Source of the DNA: Zygophlyctis sp. KS116
Taxonomy: Eukaryota; Fungi; Chytridiomycota
Reading direction: 5' to 3'
DNA length: 32,000 nt
Assembly (NCBI GenBank): GCA_054661495.1
Contig: BAAFSQ010000055.1
Span: 1 to 32,000 of the forward strand
Made by a program: the position numbers and the translations under genes. Under the pieces are notes generated by a model, which saw only the letters and a program-made list of their open reading frames with translations, had not been told where the DNA came from and searched no databases. Positions 8,419 to 20,422 of the stretch are shown piece by piece. The stretch's first letter is position 1. Each line of letters opens with the position of its first letter.

Positions 8419-10583
8419 TTATTTTTTTGACCTCAACTTCTTTACTAAAATAAAGAAATCTAGGACGACTCCATTGCAGCACCCACCACCATTCAGGAAT
8501 ACAATCGATTCAAATATTTCTTCCATTCGTTGTTCTCCTAAATATAACCAGAACAAATGGTTGACTTGTTCCAAACTCGTTGGAGATAGTAGGAGTTGTT
8601 TCTTAATTGTTGCTGGGTCTGATAAATCAAATGATGCTTTAGCTTGCACTGCAATATTGACAATCTCTCGGCTTGTACGAGCGGGGAGGACTAAGTCATG
8701 ATGAGCATTGTGGATATTTCTGTTATGCACAACTGCAAATCCTAAATCGGCGGAATTTGCAAAGACTTCACGGGTTGGCAGAGATATACCATGAGAAAAA
8801 TTGAATTCATAATTGCTGATAATGCTAAATGCTGGCAAATCAGAGCGAGATATGTCATAAATAGCCGGAAACCTAAAATATCCACTCTTTCCTGTTGAAA
8901 TGGACCATAGGTAGTACTTGACAGCCAAACTTGAAGCAAACAAAGTTTCATATCCAACTCCAAGGTTGTAGTTTTCCCAACTACATAGCATGTCATATGA
9001 AATGTACAAATCGTTCACGTCCAGATTTGGAACTAATTCAGCACATCTAGTTTTAATGTCGTCTTTCTTGGTCGATGTGTCCGGTGATTTAGCAACACGC
9101 CATACCAAAGAAAAAGGAAATAAATAACATCCATCAAGACGTGGAAAGACAAGAGATTTTTGAATCAGCGTAGTCCACGGGATTTGTGTGCCAGGGACAT
9201 TTGATGCTTCATTATAGACAGTCCAACGCACTCCACAAGCAAGAAGAATATGAGCTATGCTATCAGTGGGGAACTCTTTGAAAATCTGGACCATTTCATC
9301 ATAGTATATCACTGCTTTCTGTTCAAATGCTTGAATATAAAATTCACGATTTTCAGTAGTCCCTTGTTTCCGTAAATTAAACCAAACTGAGTGAGCAATA
9401 AAAAGCAACCTAGGAATTTGATAAGAGGCATATACTAGTGCATATATCAGGTCTTCATCCAAGTCCATTTTGATTTGAGAGTACTGACAATATCTTTGAT
9501 TTGAATAGGCGGTAAGTTGTTTCCAAAATTCACCATAATCACTAACCAATGGTGTCAAAGATAGGACTTGAGGTAAGATTGAAGACTTATCTGTGATTGA
9601 TGTGATATCTCCACTATAAGTTCCTGTGCAAATACAAACAGGTTTGAGCTTTCCTGCCAATTGAGTGAGGAGTAGTGACAACTGTGAATGCATCTGAGAG
9701 GTTCCATCATTTTTGAAAATTGATTTGACATTGGTTGGACAACAGAGCATTTGAATTTCATCCAGGAGAAACACCGGGGGAGTTTTATGTGTAGTTCCAA
9801 ATGCAATATTGGTTAATCGAATATACTCATCAATCATTGCTTCAGTTCTATATCTAGCCGCTCTACGGAGCCATTGATTAAAATTTAACTGTTGTCCACT
9901 AGCAGTTGATACTTGATTAAACGACTTAATTTTTCGAAAGTTGATACCATCTACTTGTGTACCATCAAATATACGACAGAGAAAGAAAACCATCAAGCGA
10001 GGAAAGAAGCTATAAATATCATTTTCATTCTGAATGGCATTTGGATGATACGCGAAATCAAACGAGATAATGCGGCCACTAGTTATCGCATGTCCAATAA
10101 TGTCTGTTTTGAGATTATCCTTGATCAGCTGCATTCCAAACTTCTTTAGCAAAAACGTCTTCCCCATGCCCCGACTTGTACTAATGATGACTGGCCAGTA
10201 TTTGTCCTTGTTCAGACGATCATCCATTATACTGTTGATATTTTCAATGACATCATCCCTCCCTAAAATATCAATGTGATTGTCGCTGTCTTTAGTTTCA
10301 AAGAAAGGGAATTCCATCGAGTACTTTGATGGTTGAAATGGGGGCATATCCACCTCCATATCTATTACTAAGCTATTAATAAAATACCTTGAGTTTGTGC
10401 AGAAGCATTTCCGAGTGCTGCGACAATAGTGTTGCGAGTAAGTCGTCTGTAAGCCAGTTTAGAAGGTAAAAGTGACAGCTCTGCTTCTTCAAGTGGAGTA
10501 CGATTGTTATTAGCAGTTAAAAGCAACTGTCTCTCTTCCAAATCAGCAATTTCCTTTATCACTTGTTCCAATATTTCATTCAT
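8419..10583 (-). CDS. Crinkler/CR-type effector: helical header + P-loop NTPase + PD-(D/E)xK-like nuclease
   Basis: Exon 1 10583-10388 ([19 protein letters not shown]), 26-nt intron 10362-10387, then LGRDD, Walker A SRGMGKT, Walker B VFLLDE, GYETL and HHDLVL...IAVQAK. Confidence 0.75.
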
Positions 10584-10608
10584 TTGTCGGGCAGGGTTTC
10601 TCAGAAAT

Positions 10609-13313
10609 ATGTACAAAGCCAACGCTGTTCCTGATTTTCTTCATATGAAGGCTCCTGCCAACTATGTTCCTGGATTGGGCAGGGGTGCAACTGGGTTTAC
10701 AACTCGCTCAGATCTTGGGCCTATTTCGGACGCTGTGGAAGAGACAGAAAAGGATACAAATCCGGATAACGAAGTTGGACTTTTTGCTTCAGTTCCTTAT
10801 GAAGCTGATGATGAAGAGGCAGATCGGATTTATGAGGCGATTGATAGGAAGATGGACGAAAGAAGGAAATCAAGGAGGGAAAAGAGGGAAATGGAGGAAA
10901 TGGCAAAGTACTTTAATTTAAATAATATCATAGATATAGAAAGGAAAATCCTACAATCCAACAACAATTTGCAGATTTGAAAAGAGGATTGTCTGAAGTG
11001 ACTGATTCAGAATGGGCAGAAATTCCTGAAGTTGGTGATTTAACGAGAAAAAAGGGGAAGAAAGGTAGAACAACGGAATCAAAGTTGGGAGAACGTTACT
11101 CGGCTGTTCCTGATTCTATTCTTGTATCTAATTTTGAATCTACTAAAATGGATACTTCAATCGAAGCAAATACTCCACTGCCTTCGAATCCGACACTTAC
11201 TGATTTTGTTCAATTTGGTCAAGCTAGAGATAAAGTTTTGGGTCTTAAGCTGGATCAGATGTCAGACTCTGTTTCTGGGCAGAGTACAGTAGATCCAAAA
11301 GGATATTTAACGGATCTAGGTTCAGTTGCTTTAAAGTCTGATGCGGAAATTTCAGATATAAAAAAAGCAAGGACTCTGCTCAAGTCTGTCATTGTTACAA
11401 ATCCTAGCCATGCTCCAGGATGGATTGCTGCAGCTCGTCTTGAAGAATTTGCTGGTAAAATGGCTGCAGCTAGAGATATTATGAAACAAGGATGTGCTCA
11501 ATGTCCAAACTCTGAAGATGTGTGGTTAGAAGCTGCTCGATTGAATTCAAATGAAGCGGCAAAGGCAATATTAGCTGCATCGGTTAAGCATGTTCCTAAT
11601 TCTGTAAAAATTTGGTTAAAAGCAGCATCATTGGAAACTGAGACAAATGGAAAGAAGAAAGTTCTTAGAAGGGCTCTAGAATTTATTCCAAACTCCTTTA
11701 AATTATGGAAATCTGTTGTAAGTGTGGAAGAAGATCCTCAAAATGCGAAGATTTTGCTTTCAAGAGCAGTAGAATGTGTTCCTCTTTCTGTGGATTTGTG
11801 GCTAGCATTGGCCCGTTTAGAGACGTATGATAATGCAAAAAAAGTCTTGAATAAGGCCAGAATATCAATTCCAACATCTCATGAAATTTGGATAGCTGCT
11901 GCAAAACTTGAAGAGAATCAAGGAAACGACCAAAAAGTGTCCATGATCATTGATAGAGCAGCATCTGTCCTCTCTTCTAAAGGTGGAACTCTCGATCGAG
12001 AAAAATGGATCAAAGAAGCAGAGATTCTAGAAAAGGATGGTTCATTAAAGACATGCCGTGCCATTATTCATGCCACAATTGGCATGGGTGTTGATGAAGA
12101 AGATCAAAAAGTCACTTGGATGGAAGATGCAGAATCTTGTGCAAAGCATGGCTCTATTGCAACTGCCAGAGCCATTTACGAGTACTCTACCAAAATTTTG
12201 AAGCACAAAAAGTCAGTCTGGCGTCGATGGGCATTCTTTGAAAAGGATCACGGAACTAGAGAAAGTCTTGATGCTGTATTGGAAGAGTCGGTTACAAATT
12301 GCCCTCAAGCAGAGATTTTATGGCTCATGAGGGCCAAAGAAACTTGGAAGGCAGGAGATATACTAGCCTCAAAGAAAATATTGGAATCTGCATTTGCTGC
12401 AAATCCTAATTCTGAGGAAATCTGGCTGGCAGCAATAAAGTTGGAGGTAGAAACTGGCGAATATGAAAAAGCTCGTGAGTTACTAACAAGTGCACGCTCA
12501 AAAGCCGATACTGAGAGAGTCTGGATGAAGTCTGCACTTTTGGAAAGGCATTTGAACAATAAAAAAGAGGCATTGGAGCTTCTAGAAGAGGCATTAAAGA
12601 AATTTCCTCTATTCCCAAAACTATGGATGATGAAAGGGCAGATACTTGAAGAAACTTCTATAGAATCAGCCAGAGAAGTTTACGCTCAAGGTATAAAGAA
12701 GAATCCTAAATCAGTCCCACTTTGGATATTATCATCAAGAATTGAAGAAAAAGCTGGAATTTCTATACGTGCTAGAGCCATTCTTGAAAAGGCACGAGTC
12801 ATGATCCCTAAAACTCCTGAATTGTGGATGGAAGCTGTTAGAGTAGAAATCCGTTCCGGTAATTCTGCCATGGCAAAAGCATTAATGGCAAAAGCCCTTC
12901 AAGATGTTTCAAATTCTGGATTGTTGTGGTCTGAGGCTATTATTCTTGAATCTCGACCCGCTAGAAAAGCCAAATCTACTGATGCATTAAAAAAATGTGA
13001 AAATGATCCTCTTGTAGTAAGTACCATTGCAAGACTCTTTTGGTCAGAAAGAAAATATGAAAAAGCCAGAAATTGGTTTCAAAGAGCTGCTAAAGTAGAT
13101 CCTGATTTTGGAGATAATTGGGCGTGGTGGATAAAATTTGAAAGTTTGCATGGCACTCCTGAATCAGTGTCTTTTATATTAGAAAAAGCCGTCGCTTCAG
13201 ACCCTCATCATGGAGAATTATGGATATCAATGACCAAGGACATTAATAATATTGGTAAATCTGTAAGTGATTTATTGCAGTTACTGGCAGCAAAGTTGGA
13301 AAACACACTCTAA
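10609..13313 (+). CDS. PRP6: Pre-mRNA splicing factor Prp6 (tri-snRNP, HAT/TPR repeats)
   Basis: [41 protein letters not shown]; single 26-nt intron 10908-10933. Confidence 0.97.
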
Positions 13314-13341
13314 AAGCCACTTTGCCCCAGACCCTAGTAAA

Positions 13342-13628
13342 ATGTTTTTCAACCTTGTTACTGCATCGCTGCCAAAATTCACTGGAGCCAATCTAGTATT
13401 CTCAAGGGGATCAAAATACCCATCCTATGGGGGTAAAAAGCTTCCTTCATTCATTTTGCCTAGACTCAATAATAAAACATCGCTTCTAAAACTATCATTA
13501 AAAGTAAATTTATTTCTTTAAAAATCCAGATGAAGTTCTTTAGGCTGAAAAGAGGGAAAGCCGGTCAACGCCCAGCAAAGCCGAAATACGGACAACAGGA
13601 TTCCATACTATCAAAGATGAATATATAA
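13342..13628 (+). CDS. Small basic protein (86 aa) with mitochondrial-presequence-like N-terminus
   Basis: ATG 13342, phase-0 26-nt intron 13504-13529, TAA 13626-13628; fills the gap between two genes; K/R-rich with one acidic residue. Confidence 0.65.
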
Positions 13629-13629
13629 A

Positions 13630-15724
13630 TTAAATCATTGTCCATTTGAATGCATCAGCTATACGCTTTAGTCTTTCTGATAATTTGAGATTGTGATCCT
13701 CCAGCTTAACTTTTTGCGTTTTCATTAATGAAATTTCCTTATCCTTTGAAGATATTTCGGACTTAAATTTGGTAATCAGTGTTTGTATCTCTTGCTTTTC
13801 TTTTTCGAGAGTCATTATTTGACTACTTTTAACTTGAATATTTTGTAATGCATGGCTGGCGACTCTTTGAGATTCGCCAAGAGCAGATGTTGCATGCTGA
13901 AGCGAATGATCAAGGCTAGAATTACTTTTTTGTAAATTTCCAAAATATTTAAGGAAAGGATGAGGATGATCAAAGTTTGATGTAGTATCAGACGATAGAG
14001 ATAGTACTCCTTGGAATTGTATACTGTAATCGCAGATTATGGATTCTAGAATTTTATGACGATCTTCAAGTTTATGCGCATTCGTTGTAAATTCTTGAAA
14101 TTTAGTTTGCCATTCAGATTCCTTGATTGTAATCTTTTTTTCGATTTCATCCATGGTTGATTTTTGATCAGAATATTCCTTTAATAAGTGTTTATGCTTG
14201 AATAGGAGATCTAGGATCAAAAAGAAATAAATTACTTGAATGATTTGATCTTAGTTTTTCTAATTCTTCCATAACTATTCTCTTTTCATCAACCCATTCT
14301 AATATCTCCTTAATATTTAAGCCGCTAGATGCATCACGGTTAATAAGAGCGACAATCTTTTCATAAAGGTCTGATAGAGGATAATCTGGGATTTTTTCTT
14401 TAAAGGTTGATAATTGGCAGTTAAGTCTTTCAACTTCAGATGTAAGATTTTTAATTTTTTCCTGATCTTTTATGTACCGTTCTTGATCTTTTTTGTGTTG
14501 ATTCAGATGTTTCATGTGCCGTTCTTCGTCATGTAGTCGTTGCTCTTGATCGTGTAGTCGTTGCTCTTGATATTCAGGATTTTTAAAATCTAGATTATCA
14601 ACTTTTTCATTATCTGGCTCTAAAATATTCAAAAAAGATCTACTAGAAACATTTTTATCATCAATTATTCCTGCAGGTTTTGATTTTTGTTCAGATTGTA
14701 AATCTTGAATCGTTTCCAGTAAATCTTGATTTTCCTTGATTAGAACTCTTGTTTTTTCTTCTAATTGAGATATTATTTCAGAGGATTCCAGTCTGATTTT
14801 GTTACTAGAGTCTGCAAGACTTGATATCTTTTGATCAAGATGTATTGATTCATTGACAATTTGGATTATAGCTTCTCTAAAATATAAAAACATATCTTTC
14901 ATCCTATTTAGCTGGAAAACATCATTCGAGTGTTCAACAAGCGAATATAAGCTCTTTGATATTTGATCCAATAGTGATTTTGCAGGAAAATGCTGATTAA
15001 TACTATTATCAACCACAAAATCATGTATAATAGAATATATGATTTCTCTTTCCTTTGATACGTTCTCTGTCTTACTAGTTACATTTACTATAAATTTTTG
15101 GTTTTCAGCAGATATGATTAGATTCTGTTCGCTAAGAGACTTAATTTCCAGCTCTGCTTTCCGCAACTTTGATTTTAGAATTCCCAAAGTTTCAGGATCA
15201 ATAGATTCTTTTGTTATAGGGGATGATACTACTATTTTTTGGTTTGATATAATCATGATTTCTTTCTGTAAATTATCAATTTTCTCTTGCATTTCTGCTA
15301 TAATACTTGGATGCTGTAAATTGACTGTTTGGGCTTCATCCTTCCTAGATTTTGAATCTAACTCCGCCTGAATGCATTCATCTACATGAGAATCTACTTG
15401 TATATTTTTATCGCTGCCTACAAATTTATTGTCATTACCATCTCTTGTCTGAGAAGATGAAACTGTAATTTTAGAGAATGGATCTGGCGTAAAGATAGAT
15501 TTTGGATTAGTGACATGTCGAATATGTTTTGAAGCCTCATCGATTGATTTTGAGCAATTCATCACGGCAGCAACAGATTCGGACATGTCCAATTTCTTTT
15601 GTGACAAACGTTCCATGGATAATGATCGAGGTAATTGAAAGCAGTTTGAGCCTTCAAGTTTATCGAGTGTTTCAGATATTTGTTTTGTTACTTGAGATAG
15701 CTGATCATTAGAAACTGTTCGCAT
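13630..15724 (-). CDS. Coiled-coil protein of unknown function (~690 aa)
   Basis: Two long ORFs joined in frame by a 25-nt intron 14211-14235; heptad-rich sequence. Confidence 0.8.
14529..14570 (-). repeat. 21-nt coding tandem duplication (QEQRLHD x2)
   Basis: tcatgtagtcgttgctcttga / tcgtgtagtcgttgctcttga, one mismatch. Confidence 0.8.
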
Positions 15725-15778
15725 TTAAAGAAAACGCGAAACTTAACGTCCGAACCAAACGCTATCATCGATAAGAGC

Positions 15779-18700
15779 ATGTTTATCTATCTAGCCAAAA
15801 AGGTAACCGTGACAAATTAAATGAAGATATCAATACCCAACGCAGTCCCATTGAAGAGCATTGGATGGGATAATGACAGTGGTTTTATTGCATGTGGAGG
15901 TGAAAATGGTTTAGCAAAAGTCCTAAAGTTGGAAATGCAGTCAAAAGATAATGCATCTGCACAATTAACTATGAATCAAAGTCTTGATGGCCACTCTAGT
16001 AATATTGTAAATCTGAATTTTAGAAATGGTTACCGGCATCGCATGGAACTCTAAATACCAAAAGCTTACAACTGCTGATGAAACCGGTCTCATAATTGTA
16101 TGGGTTTTAATGAATGGCGTTTGGTATGAAGAGATGATCAATCATCGTGAGAAAAGTGTTGTTGCTGATATGCATTGGTATTTAAAGAATTTAATCTTTA
16201 GGGATAAGTTGGGACAGAAAATATGTATTGCGTATACCGATGGTATGTAATGTTTTTGTTATATTAGGCTCGGTAATTGCTGGCTCGGTAGATGGTAATC
16301 GAATTTGGGGGAAAGAATTAAAATTAAAATTGGCCTTTGTTCAATGGTCGCCAAGTGGACGCTTTCTGCTGTTTGGTAGTGATCAGGGTGAACTGCATGT
16401 ATATGATAATTCTGGAGGATTCATTGTATTTTTTGAAATCTGATTTTAGTCAAGAGTCAAGGATCATTGCAATGAAAATATGAATTCAAAGTTGGCATCT
16501 ATTAATTGGTAATTATTGATCAAAATAATTACAAGGTATTCCGGAATAAATGGCTACATTCATCCAGATGCTCCTTCTCTTGCAATCGGGTTTGAAAATG
16601 GAAAAATACAATTGATGAGGAATGAAAAGGACAAAAGTATCACCATTTTGCTAAAGTATAGGCCCTATTTTGCTTGACACTCATTTGAAACAATTGAAAT
16701 TAAAATGGAATCATAATGGCTCACTATTGGCGATTACTGGCAGTCAAAAGATTATATCAAACTCTGGAGAGGAAAAGGATATTTGTGTTTTGCTCGTGTA
16801 TGATCCGTTCGGAAATGTAACTACAATATTATATTCATTTTTTTATAGATTTTAAAGTCTTTAAAAATTCCTGGAAACTCAATAGCTTCTTTATCATGGG
16901 AAAACACAGGAGTACGAATTGGTTTAGCAGTTGATTCCTTTATATACTTTGCACATTTGAGGCAGGATTATCACTGGACCTTCTTTGCCTCTGAAGTATT
17001 AGTAGTTGCACACAACAAAGGAAATGAGAGTGACTGGGTTATAACATTTTGTAATACCCGTCTCAAGGAACATGTGGCACGGTAGTAAATCATTATCTAA
17101 TAACAGGTCGATTTCGAGATTGCTTTTAATAACTTCAAATGAAGAAAACTGCATTGTAGTTACTAAGGCTGAAGATTCAACTCAGAAGTAAGCTAAGTTC
17201 GTATTAACCACTATAGAGCTACTATTATTTTATATAACTCCATTGGAATCCCGTTAGAATCGAGAGATGTACCTTTTATTCCAATATTTTGTTCATCTGT
17301 AAAATCTTGCGTTTATTTGGCTTCCAAAGATTACCTGCTTTTCTTTCAATTTAGATCCAACTCATCCTCAAAGTTTATTGCATTAAACGGTAATATGATA
17401 TTTCAATAATTCAAGCTATTCGAAAAAAAAATTCATCTGAAAGAGGATTTCATATTGACGATATAGAAGTTGTAGGAGCCAGTGACGCTGACGTCAATAC
17501 AGACTTTACTAAATCGAGGTATTTTGCTTTTATTTAAACAAATTAATAGACCTTCAAATGATCCTATATGTTGCATTACAGGAAACGAATCTACTCTCTT
17601 GATTGCAAGGGCTTCTGGTTTACTTATGGTTTTCAGCATGCCTTCAATGACGCTGGAAGAAAAGTATACCATACCTCCAAAAAGCCAGCTGATAGAAATT
17701 AATAGCGATGGCTCAAGGGCATTTATAATAGATAACTTAAACGTGCTTCGTCTGCTTCAACTCGAAAAGAAATCTACAGTTATCCCAACAGATCAAACTG
17801 CGAGATTTAAGGAGCTTGAATATGTAATTAAAATGGATTGGCTGATAAACTTAGATAACTCCTGGACAGTTTTACCCAGTGGAATTCAAGGACGTATGGG
17901 AGGCGAAATGGTAGCTGCTATTTATTATTCTAATTTTTAGGTCTCCATCCGATCCAGGATCATTAGCTTTTATGGAAAAGACCAAATTAGTTCGTGTAAA
18001 TGATACGATCGCTGAAGATTCGGTTTCATGCAATGGATGTATTTTTATCATTGTATAATTGAAATAAGATATATGTGCTGTTGATGATTCCAGGGTTAGA
18101 ATAGCATACTTGGACGAATTATATTCTCAACAGGGTTTCTCAGAAGCTCATCAGTTCATGGGTACAATTTCCAATAAGAATCTGCAAACCGTACAAGGTA
18201 TCATTTTTTTAATGTTATGTTTTAGATTTTTGTCAAAATAAGCAATATGCTCAGGCTGAGTCTGCTGCAGAAGTATCGAAGTCGCCAGCCGTATTCAAGT
18301 ATTTAGCCGAAAAGTATCTTGAGGAAGCAGATCTTTCCAAAGCACGAAATGCATTTATTAAAAGCGGAGACTATGGCGGTGTGCAATTGATAAAAAAATT
18401 AGAAAAGTTTACAGTAATTATAAAGATTTAAATATTTTAGGACCCAGTAAAGAAGCATGCTGAAATCGCAGCATATTTAGGTGACTATGATGAGTCGGAA
18501 AGACTTTATTTAAGCATTGATAGAAAAGATCTCGCCATGGATTTGCGAATAAGGTTGGGAGATTGGATTAAAGTAGTGCAGTTGATAAAAAATGGCAGTG
18601 GTGCCGATGATCATCTTCTACAAAATGCTTTAAATAATATGGGCGATTATTTTTATGATCGACAGGATTGGTAGTGATAAAATATTAAATAGTAGGGAAC

Positions 18701-19936
18701 AAGCTACAGAATATTATTCCAAGAGTCGAAGTTTTGACAAGCTGATTGACTGCTACTTTCTCATGGAAGACTTTGAGAGTTTGGAAAATGTATCCGTTAC
18801 TATAGAAGATAGTACAGTATTAAAGGTACCATCGAAGTTTATAATTGACCAGAAAATCGCACAAAAATTCTTTTCAGTCGGACAAAGCAATCAGGCAGTC
18901 GACATTTACCTGAAGCTAAATGATTTTTCAGCTGCTATTCAATGCTGTGTCCAACTGAATGAGGTAAAACCTATTTTTTAAAGTTTAGTGGGACAGAGCA
19001 GTAGAATTAGCAAGTCAATACAATGTGAAGGATATTGAAATGTTATTAAGCACATATACCACAATGCTCCTTAATCAAGGGCGGGAATTAGATGCAATAG
19101 AGCTACTAAGAAAGGCTAATTACCATGACAAGTCTGCGGCCCTTCTTTACAAGATTGCCCAAAACAAAGATCACCGCAACCCAATGATGATGAAAAAGCT
19201 CTATGTATTGGCTGGACTAGAAGTTGAGAGACACAAATTGTCTTCAAAGAGACATAAAAACGTTAGTGTAATACTTTTTATTTTCAATTCTAGGTTGGTA
19301 ATTCTATAATAGATCAATTACTTCTAAATGAATCAAAAGCCATTTTTGCCAATCCCTGGCGCGGAGCAGAAGCATATCACTTGTACATTCTTGCTCAAAA
19401 ACACTTTCACTCTGGAAACTTTGAAAATGCCATTATAACTGTAATTTATTATTTTTCATGATTAGACAATGGCATTAAGAGAGTATGATGATATTCTACC
19501 CTCAAAGACTATTTTCAGTCTTTTGGGACTTGTGAGCTTCCAAGGAGAAGAATACTCTACATGCTCAAAAGCATTTGTAAAGTTGGAGTCTTTAGGACTC
19601 TCTCATGATGATAACCCATACGAAGAACTTGCATTATCTATATTCACCAAATTCCCTCCAGTAGATACGCGGACTGATTACCTATCATGTGGAAATTGCC
19701 TGGGAAAAGTAAGTCCGAGGTATATTATTTGAATTTTATTTTAGTGATTTTAACTGCCATCATTGCCTTTTTAAATTCCCAGTCTGTGTAGCTACTGGAA
19801 GACCCATTATGGACTCTATTTTTTTTACTTGCCATATTTGCAAGCATTCATCCTTTGAAGAAGAAATTTCACAATTCAAGTCTTGTCCTTTAGTAATTTT
19901 ATTTTAAATTTACAATAGTGTCATTCTAATTTTTGA
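15779..19936 (+). CDS. WDR35: WD repeat protein 35 / IFT121 (IFT-A)
   Basis: MFIYLAKK|ISIPN...[44 protein letters not shown]-terminal CPL|CHS; about 24 short GT-AG introns. Confidence 0.95.
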
Positions 19937-20406
19937 TTTCTTTGCTTATCTAGATCTGTAGGACCAAAACTATCTGGTAAAAGTTGTGATAATTTAATTT
20001 TCTTGAACGAATTCCCAGATTTTGATAAAATTACCTAAATATTCAATTTCTCTTTATAATCTTACTGTTAAATCTGATCCAAATTCCACCATAAATTGCC
20101 TACAAAACCCACAAGGAGAAATAAATTCATCAACATCTGTTGAGATCATTATTGCCTTGAATGTTCTACATCCCTTGCTGACTGCAGAAACAAATGCACT
20201 TCTTTCGGCACAAATCGTCCCACCTTTGATAAGAAATTATAGTTACCAAATGAAGCGTTTTCTACATTAGTCCCAATAAATACTTGTCCGTCATTTCCCA
20301 AGAGAGCAGCTCCAACTCTAAACTTGCTATACGGAGAATAACTAAACTGTTTTGCATCGTTTGCTTCCTTGTAGAGTTGATTTAATTCCTGAGAAGATAA
20401 ATCCAT
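19921..20406 (-). CDS. CDD1: Cytidine deaminase (homotetrameric type)
   Basis: YSPYSKFRVGAAL, NVENASFG|GTICAERSA, SPCGFCRQFMVEF, LLPDSF; two short introns. Confidence 0.95.
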
Positions 20407-20422
20407 TCCTAAAACCTTTCAA

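Noticed and set aside
13320-13620. Possible snRNA (GCTTTTTAC, AATTTTGG Sm-like site on the minus strand)
   Set aside because: No U1/U2/U4/U5/U6 structure matches; a spliced plus-strand CDS explains the region.
19921-20406. Deaminase as an AID/APOBEC-like diversifier of the LRR genes
   Set aside because: CAE/PCxxC motifs mark an ordinary free-nucleoside cytidine deaminase, not an HxE polynucleotide deaminase.
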